A stretch of DNA of 61,532 bases from an uncultured Pseudomonadota bacterium. Its GTDB lineage: Bacteria > Pseudomonadota > Alphaproteobacteria > Rs-D84. The position numbers were made by a program, and so were the translations under genes. The first letter of the stretch is position 1. Each line of letters opens with the position of its first letter. This document shows positions 26,645-36,390 of the stretch, piece after piece. The stretch spans positions 1 through 61,532 of the forward strand of contig CADBBQ010000005.1 in NCBI GenBank assembly GCA_902793005.1, read 5' to 3'. The notes below the pieces were generated by a model. It was not told where the DNA came from and did no database searches. It saw only the letters and a program-made list of their open reading frames with translations.

Positions 26645-26913
26645 TGGATTCTTGTCGTGGTCGACGTTCCTTATGTACCATTTGTACACCGCGGAACATC
26701 GACCACTTCCAATAATCTCATAAAATTTAATTTCTTGGCGAGGGCTTTGGATTCTTGTCGCAAAAGTCAAACCTTATGTAGCATTTGTACACTGCGGTTT
26801 GCCTTTTGCTTCCAATAATCTCATAAAATTTAATTTCTTGGCCGAGGACCTGGATTCTTGTCGCGATTGGCGTTCCTTATGTAGGTCAACTACACTGCGG
26901 TTTGTCTTGTGAA
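26645..26913 (+). repeat. Tandem array (about 2.6 units, roughly 103-nt period) of the structured intergenic repeat
   Basis: Units start near 26645, 26748 and 26850. The flanks GGATTCTTGTCG and CTTCCAATAATCTCATAAAATTTAATTTCTTGG and the loop TTATGTA(C/G)CATTTGTACAC(C/T)GC are conserved. The stem arms differ between units but remain complementary. The last unit is degenerate. Confidence 0.88.
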
Positions 26914-26914
26914 A

Positions 26915-28357
26915 CTACCCAAGGTGTGCCGTATCTAATAAATCAGATACCTTTTTGACGGGGGTGAATGTCGTGTTTGGAACGGATACAAATATCGTTA
27001 TCCATCCCGCCATTGCCCCGTTCCATAAACCGGGACGTTCCATTGCGCGCAAGTCGCGTCCATTATATGATTTTTCGGATATGAATCCGGTTTGTTCGTC
27101 GATAAATTTTGTTAAATCGAATTTTTTGCCGTCTATATCGCGGGTGCTGCATACTAAATCAACCGGGTTAAAGTGGGTCGATTGGTTCATAATTTCGCGC
27201 GCAGACGGGGCAATTTGGCTGGATTCTGTGATTTGCAGGTGTTCGCCACGTGCGTCGCGAACCCAAAATGGGCCACCGCCCGGTGCACCGGTGTTTTTTA
27301 CCATACCGCATATACGCACAGGGCGATTTAATATGTTTAATAACGTGTCGCGTGTTGGGTTTTGTGGCAATGTAATGCATAATTGATGTGTTATAAAATC
27401 TTGTAAGTTAGTTTCGTTATATGTGTTATTTTGTAAATCGGTTATAAATTTTTTGATTTGGTTTTTGGTTTTAATCAAAATGCCGCCTAATAATTTTTTA
27501 TATCGGATTGTGTCAGCGCGATGTTCGTCGTTTGTTATGTTGTCTATGTTTTTTATAAATATTATGTCCGAATCGATTTTGTTCAGGTTTTCTATTAATG
27601 CGCCGTGTCCCGATGGGCGAAAAACCAATCTCCCATTGTTGTCACGAAAAGGCGTGTTATCAAAATTAACCGCGATTGTGTCGGTGCTGGGCGATTGGGT
27701 TGATGTAGTGATGTGAAATTTGACATTATATGTTTTGGAATATTTTGGCAAAATTTCATCCATTAAATTGTTAAATTTTTCAACGTGTTCCGGTGACAGT
27801 GTGAAATGTATGTGGACCGTGTCGCGTGTTGTGGCGTATTGGGTGCCTTCGATTAAATGTTCGGCGGCGGCGGTGCGGAATTCGTTTTTGTATTTATGAA
27901 ATTTAATTAGGGCCTTGGGTAAATTGCCCAGGTTTAATTTGTCCGCCCCCAGCATTCCCGATACTATGTCGTGTGCGGTTGGGGTGGGGGGTAAAAATTG
28001 TTTTAAATCATCATAAAAAGCGAATCGGTCGATGTTGTTAATAACGCTGGTTGTTGTTGGATTTAATTCGCCGGTGGACATAAATTCAAATAAATCGCGA
28101 AACATTCGTGTTGCGGCGCCTGATGCCGGAACGAATTTAGTAATGGTGTAATTATCGTGTGTGTCGTCGTAAATTTTTATAAATTCGTTTATTGCGTTTT
28201 CGTCGTATTCAAAAATTCCGTCACCAATTGTCGCAGGGCGTGTGATATCTGCAAAAGGAAATCCGGATTTAAAATGTTCAATTTGTTGATTGACGGCGTC
28301 CAATGTTAATCCGTGCTGTTCGATTTGTTTTATATCTTGGTCAGAAAATTTTATCAT
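26915..28357 (-). CDS. DUF4301-family protein (nucleotidyltransferase-like)
   Basis: 480 aa. The N-terminus MIKFSDQDIKQIEQHGL....QI..F..G and FVPASGAATRMF recall DUF4301. The assignment is from memory only. Confidence 0.6.
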   Translation of the reverse strand: MIKFSDQDIKQIEQHGLTLDAVNQQIEHFKSGFPFADITRPATIGDGIFEYDENAINEFIKIYDDTHDNYTITKFVPASGAATRMFRDLFEFMSTGELNPTTTSVINNIDRFAFYDDLKQFLPPTPTAHDIVSGMLGADKLNLGNLPKALIKFHKYKNEFRTAAAEHLIEGTQYATTRDTVHIHFTLSPEHVEKFNNLMDEILPKYSKTYNVKFHITTSTQSPSTDTIAVNFDNTPFRDNNGRLVFRPSGHGALIENLNKIDSDIIFIKNIDNITNDEHRADTIRYKKLLGGILIKTKNQIKKFITDLQNNTYNETNLQDFITHQLCITLPQNPTRDTLLNILNRPVRICGMVKNTGAPGGGPFWVRDARGEHLQITESSQIAPSAREIMNQSTHFNPVDLVCSTRDIDGKKFDLTKFIDEQTGFISEKSYNGRDLRAMERPGLWNGAMAGWITIFVSVPNTTFTPVKKVSDLLDTAHLG

Positions 28358-28414
28358 TTTGTTTCTCCATTGGTTATTGATAAAAATAAAATCCCACGAA
28401 AAACATTGGGATTA

Positions 28415-28621
28415 TTATTTTTTTACCGCCATATATAATGCCGCCAGCCATCCGATGCCCGTCCAGCCCAACAGCCAACTGTATATCCGAATCCATACGG
28501 TTGTAGTTTTGTTTTTCTTGGTTTGACGGGCCAGCCACGCCGGCGCCAAAATAATCGTTATGCAAATTATGATTGCCAGTGCGTATTTCAAATATAAAAA
28601 AACAAAACCAATCCAATTCAT
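28415..28621 (-). CDS. Small membrane protein, superinfection-immunity (Imm_superinfect)-like
   Basis: 68 aa with two TM segments. The C-terminal LLGWTGIGWLAALYMAV matches the GWTGIGW motif of that family. Confidence 0.6.
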   Translation of the reverse strand: MNWIGFVFLYLKYALAIIICITIILAPAWLARQTKKNKTTTVWIRIYSWLLGWTGIGWLAALYMAVKK

Positions 28622-28675
28622 TTTTTATTTTTTAGGGGGCGTTTTGTTTTGCGCCCCCCTTTGCATTTTATTTAA

Positions 28676-29950
<1,275 letters not shown>

Positions 29951-30112
29951 CTATGCTTCTTGTTTCTTTTCTATTTTTTGTGCGGGGTTATTTATCGCAC
30001 AAAGGTGGTGAACTTGCAAGTGCATTTTTGAAAAATAATTAAATTTTTATATTTTTGTATTTTTATATGGGGGCAATTTGTGGTATAATGTTTAGCAATA
30101 GAGAGGATGCGT

Positions 30113-31939
30113 ATGCGGGAAATATTGGATTTAAAACGGTTTTTTGTTGTGTGTGCTGTCGCGGTTTGTGCGTCGATGGTGGCGCGTGGTGCGTTGGCGG
30201 CGGATGCGTCGTGTGGCGTCAATTTGTTTAATCCAATGATTTTGACCGAGGCCGATTTTAGGGCCGGCAATGATAATAGTTATAGTGGTCAATGGAATAA
30301 AAATTTATTAAATGCGTATTTATCGACAAGTGATTTTGGATTTGATGCAACGAAAAAATATTCTTTGCGCTATAAAATGAAGTGTGATGGCGATAATGGA
30401 AAATTCTTTTTTGTTTTGAAAAATTCCGATGGTCAGGTTTTTGGACCGAATAACAATACGCGTCTGGATGAAATTAATGTGTGTGCAACAAATCCCGGTA
30501 CCGTGGTAGAGATTAAAATCGATAATGTTGAGAAAGTTGTTGCCGTCGAGGCGTATGGTGATGGTACGGGGGCTGTTCAAATATCGGAAATTATGTTGGG
30601 GTTGTCGACAAATATTGACAGGGCAACGAATTTTATTGCGTATAGTCCGTGTATAAAATTGGCGACGACCAAAATGAACGAGACGCGTATGTCCGCGATT
30701 GAAAATCGTTTGGATGGTGTGCGCACAACGATTAATAATTTGATAACCCAAATGCAGACAAACAGCGGAAATATTGGTGGTTTACAGGTGGATAAACAAA
30801 CGCGTCCGAATTCATCTTGCCCGGCGGATAAAAAATGTTTATTGGTCAAAGATATGCAAAATAACGATAATTGGTATGAAATTGTCGATTGTAATGAAAA
30901 TGCGGTTTTAAGTAATTTAAATTATGACTGGGGTCTTGTTCGTTTTGGTCCCGGTGAACCGTGGGGGTGGCAAATTTCCAGTGGTAATCAAGATTTAATG
31001 TGTTCTGCATCGGAAATTGGTTGTCAAGATGGTGAATGGGTGACCAGTTATGATAGGGTGGTTCCTGGCGATAATCATCCATATGGATTAGAAATTGTTT
31101 TTGGTGTGATGCGTCGTGTTGCGATTGTGAATGATACACGTGGAACAATTGTTAGATTGCCCGGTGGTGTGCAATCGGGTAATGTGTGCGTGTGTCGTGC
31201 AACCAGATATCGTGTTTGGGATAATGCAACATCTGCATATGGGGCCAGCCAAAGTATAAATACGGATAAATGGTTTGTTGCGGGCACGGCATATGATGAT
31301 GAAAACTGTTTTGATATGTGTGGTGATGAAAGGCGTGGTGTAACTAAACTGGCGTATTATCGTGATATTTCGACATCGTGCAGTCCTAATGCGTCCGAGG
31401 CCAGTATGTGTTATTATCATACATTCTTTGCGACCGCGGCGGACAGTCAGACCGATCCAACAAATGGATTGGGATTTACGGTAGGCGATTCAAATGGAAC
31501 TGGTATGTGTGCGACGGGCGGCGCATTTGCAAACAGTTCGCATTGTGCCACGGCGGGTTCGTGGATTGTGCAATATAAAAATAGTGACTCGAACACGACG
31601 GTTGGTTATGTATATGGTATGGCCAGGGCGGTAACTGTTCCCGATGGCACGGAGCAGTATTCAATAGTTGATGTGAATATGTCGGATTTGTCTTTGACCA
31701 GGACGGGACATAATGCAGTTGTCTGTGTCGTCCAAGGGTACAAGGCTCAATCGGATGCATCGGAAACAGATGTTAATTTGAACAAGGCGTTTGTGGTAAG
31801 TGTCGGTGAAATTGGTGATGGTGATGTTACGGGCTATAGTCGTTATTGTGCTGATGCCGTGGTTTATACTAATCATCAGGAATATACACCTGCGATGAAT
31901 TGGTATCGTCAATTGGCGAATATGTGCGTGACGGATTAA
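30113..31939 (+). CDS. Exported cysteine-rich protein H (608 aa)
   Basis: Extended -10 TGGTATAAT at 30081-30089. RBS GAGAGG. Signal peptide ..FFVVCAVAVCASMVARGALA. LATTKMNET and CPADKKCLL..NWYEIV module, shared with the 8214-8651 protein. An alternative ATG is at 30107. Confidence 0.78.
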   Translation: MREILDLKRFFVVCAVAVCASMVARGALAADASCGVNLFNPMILTEADFRAGNDNSYSGQWNKNLLNAYLSTSDFGFDATKKYSLRYKMKCDGDNGKFFFVLKNSDGQVFGPNNNTRLDEINVCATNPGTVVEIKIDNVEKVVAVEAYGDGTGAVQISEIMLGLSTNIDRATNFIAYSPCIKLATTKMNETRMSAIENRLDGVRTTINNLITQMQTNSGNIGGLQVDKQTRPNSSCPADKKCLLVKDMQNNDNWYEIVDCNENAVLSNLNYDWGLVRFGPGEPWGWQISSGNQDLMCSASEIGCQDGEWVTSYDRVVPGDNHPYGLEIVFGVMRRVAIVNDTRGTIVRLPGGVQSGNVCVCRATRYRVWDNATSAYGASQSINTDKWFVAGTAYDDENCFDMCGDERRGVTKLAYYRDISTSCSPNASEASMCYYHTFFATAADSQTDPTNGLGFTVGDSNGTGMCATGGAFANSSHCATAGSWIVQYKNSDSNTTVGYVYGMARAVTVPDGTEQYSIVDVNMSDLSLTRTGHNAVVCVVQGYKAQSDASETDVNLNKAFVVSVGEIGDGDVTGYSRYCADAVVYTNHQEYTPAMNWYRQLANMCVTD

Positions 31940-31963
31940 AATCAGATTTTTGTGTGTGGGACG

Positions 31964-31998
31964 GGGTTGTAAAAAAATTACAACCCTGTATTTTTTTT
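31964..31998 (+). terminator. Rho-independent terminator
   Basis: GGGTTGTAA-AAAA-TTACAACCC followed by T8. Confidence 0.8.
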
Positions 31999-32021
31999 AT
32001 TGGATTTTTATCATATGAATA

Positions 32022-32048
32022 TTGAAATTTTTGCGTGGCGCATTATAT
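32022..32048 (+). promoter_or_regulatory. Possible sigma32-type heat-shock promoter upstream of clpB
   Basis: aTTGAAA-13 nt-CATTATAT, compared with the consensus CTTGAAA-N13-15-CCCCATnT. The match is weak. Confidence 0.3.
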
Positions 32049-32075
32049 ATTCTGCAACGAATAAAGGAGTCGCAT

Positions 32076-34133
32076 ATGAATCCAGAAGAAATGAACGAGA
32101 CACCGCAACAGGCGATTGAAAAATATACAACCGATTTTACAAAATTGGCGGCGGATGGGAAATTGGACCCGGTGATTGGTCGTGATGAAGAAATTCGTCG
32201 GACTATCCAGGTTTTATCCCGTCGAACCAAAAACAATCCCGTTTTAATTGGAAATCCGGGTGTTGGTAAAACCGCAATTGTCGAAGGTTTGGCGGAACGC
32301 ATTGTGTCGCGTGATATTCCGGAAAATTTACAGAATAAAAAATTGCTGTCGCTGGATATGGGCGCGTTAATGGCGGGCGCGATGTATCGCGGTCAATTCG
32401 AGGCTCGGTTAAAGGCGATATTAAAGGCCGTCAAAGATTCAAATGGTCAAATTATTTTGTTCATAGATGAATTGCATACTCTTGTGGGGGCCGGCAAAGG
32501 CGAGGGCTCTATGGATGCGGGCAATTTATTAAAACCAATGTTGGCGCGTGGGGAACTGCATTGTTTGGGCGCAACCACATTGGATGAATATCGGCAATAT
32601 ATCGAAAAAGACCCGGCGTTGGCGCGTCGTTTTCAACCGGTCTATGTCGAAGAACCGACGGTTGAAGATACAATTTCAATCTTGCGTGGGTTGAAAGAAA
32701 AATACGAGGGACATCACGGCGTGCGTATTTCGGATTCGGCGTTGGTGTCGGCGGTAAAATTGTCCAATCGTTATATCACAGACCGGTTTTTGCCGGATAA
32801 AGCAATCGATTTAATTGACGAGGCCGCCGCCCGTGTTCGTATCGAGGTGTCATCTAAACCAGATGCCCTGGACGAGGTTGACAGACGTTTGCAACAATTA
32901 AAAATCGAACAACAGGCGTTGAAAAAAGAAAAAGACGAAGAATCAAAACGGCGTCTTGTTGAATTGGAATCTTTGATTGCCAAGACCGAAGCGGAATCAA
33001 AAAAACTGACCGACGAATGGCACGCGGAACAACAGAAAATGCGCGGCCTGTCGGATGCAATGGCGGCGTTGGATGCGGCCCGGGCCGAGGTTGCAAATGC
33101 CGTGCGCAGTGGCGATTATGAAAAGGCGTCTGCATTGCAATATGGAAAAATACCAGAACTGACAGAAAAAATTAAAAAGATGAATGCGGATGCGCGCGAA
33201 TATAAAACGGTGTTGCCGGAACATATCGCGGCCGTGGTCAGTAAATGGACCGGCGTGCCGGCGGATAAATTGTCTACCGAAGAACAATCAAAATTATTAA
33301 ATATCGAAGACGAATTGCGCAAACGCGTCGTGGGTCAAGATGCCGCGTTAAATGTTATTGCACGCGCAATCCGGCGTTCACGCGCAGGCTTGTCCGACCC
33401 GCGTCGCCCGATTGCAAGTTTTATGTTCTTGGGGCCAACCGGTGTTGGTAAAACCGAGGTTGCAAAAGCGTTGGCGGAATATCTGTTTAATGATGATACG
33501 GCGATGACGCGAATTGATATGAGTGAATATATGGAACCGCACTCGGTTGCGCGTTTAATTGGTGCGCCCCCGGGATACGTCGGTTATGATCAGGGCGGAG
33601 TGCTGACGGAATCTGTGCGCCGTCGCCCGTACCAGGTGTTGCTGTTTGATGAAATCGAAAAAGCGCACCCGGATGTGTTCAATGTGTTTTTACAAATTCT
33701 GGACGATGGTCGTTTGACCGATGGCCAAGGGCATATCGTCAATTTCACAAACACTATTATTATTATGACCAGTAATTTGCCGTCGATGGATGCGGTTAAA
33801 AAACATTTCAGACCAGAATTCATCAATCGTATTGATGACATTTTGTTCTTTAATGAATTGGCACCCGATGTGATGGATGGCATTGTTAAAATCCAGTTGC
33901 GTAATTTGTCGCGTCGCTTGGCCGAACGCAATATTACAATGGATGTGACGGCGCCGGCGATTAAATGGTTGGCAACGCACGGGTATGATGCGGCGTTTGG
34001 TGCGCGACCGTTGAAACGACTGATAATGACGGCGGTCGAAGATAAAATCGCAGATTTGATTTTGTCTGGCGCGATAACCGATGGCGCGACCGTTTATGTC
34101 GATGTGCACGGCGATGAATTAACGGTAAAATAA
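32076..34133 (+). CDS. clpB: ClpB-type AAA+ disaggregase lacking the N-terminal domain
   Basis: 685 aa from ATG 32076, after [52 protein letters not shown] lies about 40 aa from the start. A coiled-coil middle domain and a second Walker A (GPTGVGKTE) are present. Confidence 0.92.
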   Translation: MNPEEMNETPQQAIEKYTTDFTKLAADGKLDPVIGRDEEIRRTIQVLSRRTKNNPVLIGNPGVGKTAIVEGLAERIVSRDIPENLQNKKLLSLDMGALMAGAMYRGQFEARLKAILKAVKDSNGQIILFIDELHTLVGAGKGEGSMDAGNLLKPMLARGELHCLGATTLDEYRQYIEKDPALARRFQPVYVEEPTVEDTISILRGLKEKYEGHHGVRISDSALVSAVKLSNRYITDRFLPDKAIDLIDEAAARVRIEVSSKPDALDEVDRRLQQLKIEQQALKKEKDEESKRRLVELESLIAKTEAESKKLTDEWHAEQQKMRGLSDAMAALDAARAEVANAVRSGDYEKASALQYGKIPELTEKIKKMNADAREYKTVLPEHIAAVVSKWTGVPADKLSTEEQSKLLNIEDELRKRVVGQDAALNVIARAIRRSRAGLSDPRRPIASFMFLGPTGVGKTEVAKALAEYLFNDDTAMTRIDMSEYMEPHSVARLIGAPPGYVGYDQGGVLTESVRRRPYQVLLFDEIEKAHPDVFNVFLQILDDGRLTDGQGHIVNFTNTIIIMTSNLPSMDAVKKHFRPEFINRIDDILFFNELAPDVMDGIVKIQLRNLSRRLAERNITMDVTAPAIKWLATHGYDAAFGARPLKRLIMTAVEDKIADLILSGAITDGATVYVDVHGDELTVK

Positions 34134-34160
34134 AAATCGGGGTTTAACCCCGATTTTTAT
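34133..34160. terminator. Bidirectional terminator hairpin
   Basis: AAAATCGGGGTT-T-AACCCCGATTTT. Confidence 0.75.
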
Positions 34161-34531
34161 TTTGTTTTGTATGCGATGTGTTGATTTAATATTGATTGGC
34201 GGGTTGCAGAATCTTGGTTTATTTGTTTTATTGTTTGTGTGATTTTGTCTAATTTGCCATTAATCGAATTTATTTGTGTGTCTTGTTCGATTTTTTTGAC
34301 ATTTGTTTTGGATTCAATCAAATTGGTTAAATCGCCGACGGTTTTTAATTTTACTAATTCGTCGTCTGTCATATCTATTTTGAATTCTGATTCACAGTTC
34401 AAAACAACATTTAAAAAATCCAATGAATCGCAATCCAAATCATCGAAAGTTTTGTTTGCTCTGATTGATTTTATGTCTATACTGGTTGTTTCTGAAATCA
34501 GTTTATAAATTTTATATTGTGTTTGTGTCAT
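34157..34531 (-). CDS. Acyl-carrier-protein-like protein with coiled-coil C-terminal extension
   Basis: 124 aa. FDDLDCDSLDFLNVVLNCESEFKIDMTDDEL matches the ACP DSL phosphopantetheine-site helix pattern. About 45 extra Q/N/K-rich residues. Confidence 0.6.
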   Translation of the reverse strand: MTQTQYKIYKLISETTSIDIKSIRANKTFDDLDCDSLDFLNVVLNCESEFKIDMTDDELVKLKTVGDLTNLIESKTNVKKIEQDTQINSINGKLDKITQTIKQINQDSATRQSILNQHIAYKTK

Positions 34532-34544
34532 ATTTTAACCTTTG

Positions 34545-35270
34545 TTATATTGTGTTTGATTTAAATGTTTCCAGCAAGTGTGAAATGATTTGTTGTTTTT
34601 CTTCCTGGGTTTTCTTTTGATAGTTGCTGGTTGATAATAATATTGAACCGTTTGGTTGGATTTCTTGGGTTAAATCGAATTGATCCATTGCCAGATAGTT
34701 TGGAAAACGGCTGAACGTGATGTTTATATTGTTCGATTTCAATAAAATTAATTTATAATTTTTTCCAGAATTATCGATAACAAAACAAGTGTCGCTGTTT
34801 GATAACAGGTGCGGAAAATTTGCCATAACCCGTGGATAGCGGGATTCTATGTCGCTGACCGGGACATTGTGGCCACCGTTTTCAACACGATGTTTAACGC
34901 GTTGGATGCTTAATTCCGGACTGGCCAGACCAATAAACACCGTCATCACTTTGAATCCGTTGTTTTGTGCGGTGTTGATTATGCGCAAGTGGCGACGGTC
35001 GGCCGCAACGGTTTCGTATATAAATCCGCATTTTTGTTCCAAACAATATGTTTGCTTTTCCAATATGATTTTCCCGGCGTTTAATCGCGCGGTTTTTTCA
35101 GTTATATCGCAATGTTCGTGCAAGAATTTTATGGTTTCTTCATCCCAATTTAATGACACAAAATCAGAAAATATTGGGTTGGGTTCCAAAAAATTTTGCC
35201 GAAATGTTGTCTTGCCCGCGCCATTTGGCCCGGCCAATAAAATCATAATTGGTTGATCGTTTTTGTTCAT
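34545..35270 (-). CDS. Zeta-toxin-like P-loop kinase (COG4185-like)
   Basis: 241 aa. Walker A LLAGPNGAGKTT, then ..YETV.. and RVKHRVENGGHNVPVSDIESRY, which is typical of the zeta/AAA_33 family. Confidence 0.7.
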   Translation of the reverse strand: MNKNDQPIMILLAGPNGAGKTTFRQNFLEPNPIFSDFVSLNWDEETIKFLHEHCDITEKTARLNAGKIILEKQTYCLEQKCGFIYETVAADRRHLRIINTAQNNGFKVMTVFIGLASPELSIQRVKHRVENGGHNVPVSDIESRYPRVMANFPHLLSNSDTCFVIDNSGKNYKLILLKSNNINITFSRFPNYLAMDQFDLTQEIQPNGSILLSTSNYQKKTQEEKQQIISHLLETFKSNTI

Positions 35271-35416
35271 AATCTCTCGGTTTGGTTTTTATTTTATTCG
35301 ATAAAATTATATATCAAAAAATAAATTTGTCAACTTTTTTGATGTTTTTTTATTTGACTTTATGAAAATAAATGTATAAAATAAGTGGGCTTTCTGGAAT
35401 AGAAAGATAGAGTTCT

Positions 35417-35492
35417 GGGGTCATAGCTCAGTTGGTAGAGCACCTGCTTTGCAAGCAGGGGGTCGTCAGTTCGAGTCTGATTGGCTCCACCA
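35417..35492 (+). tRNA. tRNA-Ala (anticodon TGC)
   Basis: GGGGTCATAGCTCAGTTGGTAGAGC..CTTTGCAAG..GTTCGAGTC..TGGCTCCACCA. G3:U70 identity pair. Encoded CCA. Confidence 0.95.
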
Positions 35493-35576
35493 CCCTTCGC
35501 GTCTGCGACGCTATGGGTGGCAGGCCACCAATAGTGGTTTGCCAAAAAATTAGTGTCGCGTCGTAGGCGGACGAAG
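35490..35576 (+). other. Conserved tRNA-trailing structured element, copy 1
   Basis: CCACCCTTCGCGTCTGCGACGCTATGGGTGGCAGGCCACC ... CGTAGGCGGACGAAG. It matches 41364-41463, with a compensatory G->A/C->T change in the inner hairpin. Confidence 0.7.
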
Positions 35577-35626
35577 ATATAAATAAAGAATAACACAAAA
35601 ATTCGCCAAAAGGGGGTGAATATATA

Positions 35627-35833
35627 ATGGTTAAAGTTTTGGTACGTGATAATAACGTTGAACAGGCACTGCGTGTTGCGAAACGTAAATCGCAAAAAGA
35701 AGGTCTGTATCGCGAAATGAAAGAACGTCAACGTTACGAAAAACCAACAACAAAACGTAAACGCAAAGCAGAAGAGGCTGTGCGTAATGAAAAAAAGCGT
35801 CAGTCGAAACAACGTATGGTGTTTGGGTTCTAG
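35627..35833 (+). CDS. rpsU: 30S ribosomal protein S21
   Basis: 68 aa. [38 protein letters not shown]. Confidence 0.95.
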   Translation: MVKVLVRDNNVEQALRVAKRKSQKEGLYREMKERQRYEKPTTKRKRKAEEAVRNEKKRQSKQRMVFGF

Positions 35834-35861
35834 TGTAAGGCGTTTTGTTTTGAAGAATGTT

Positions 35862-35887
35862 GCCGCCCAAATTTGGGCGGTTTTTTA
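35862..35887 (+). terminator. Rho-independent terminator after rpsU
   Basis: CCGCCCAA-A-TTTGGGCGG followed by T6. Confidence 0.8.
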
Positions 35888-35916
35888 ATCGGAAAAAAAT
35901 ATAAAAGGTTTGTCAT

Positions 35917-36333
35917 ATGAAAAATAATTTAACAAGTGAACAAATGGCAATGGCGTTGTATTTGCTGTGTTCGGATGTTGTGTTGCTGCGTGTGAATTGT
36001 GAGTCTTTTTATTATTTTAAACCGCGTGAAAAATCAAATGCGTTGGCGGTTCAATATGTGTTGCGTCAAAATGGCGTGCCGTCAAATCGGCATCGGTCGC
36101 ATTATTATGATACTTCGTTTGGTTCAACCTGTTTGGTTGTACGTGTGTCCAAAAATGATTTTCAAAGATATGCAAAAAACGAATTTAGATTGGTTTTTGA
36201 ACAAATGTATTCTAATCGTGATTTTTATTTACAACGTAGTGGTTTAAAAAATACGGTTGATAATTTATTTTGGTTGAAAACAAAATCTGGCAAAGAAAAA
36301 GTTTTGGAACGGATGTTGGAAAGAAACAGATAG
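35917..36333 (+). CDS. Hypothetical protein
   Basis: 138 aa. RBS AAAAGG upstream. I recognise no motifs. Confidence 0.5.
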   Translation: MKNNLTSEQMAMALYLLCSDVVLLRVNCESFYYFKPREKSNALAVQYVLRQNGVPSNRHRSHYYDTSFGSTCLVVRVSKNDFQRYAKNEFRLVFEQMYSNRDFYLQRSGLKNTVDNLFWLKTKSGKEKVLERMLERNR

Positions 36334-36390
36334 TATTTTAATTTTTATAATTTTTGTGATATAATAATGGCCGTAAAGAGAGAATTTTTT

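Noticed and set aside
26645-26913. The possibility that the 103-nt-period array is a CRISPR array
   Set aside because: The variable segments are two complementary halves of one hairpin rather than independent spacers. The conserved parts are far longer than CRISPR repeats. No cas genes are present in the window.
28415-28621. A prophage, implied by the superinfection-immunity-like gene
   Set aside because: It is a single small membrane-protein gene between a DUF4301 gene and eno. No integrase, terminase, capsid or tail genes lie nearby.
35360-35870. Minus-strand ORFs of 150 aa and 79 aa. The ORFs at 26100-26321 (+) and at 41134-41588 (-) were also considered.
   Set aside because: They overlap tRNA-Ala and rpsU, tRNA-Leu and rpmB, and tRNA-Gln with its trailing element, respectively. 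They are spurious.
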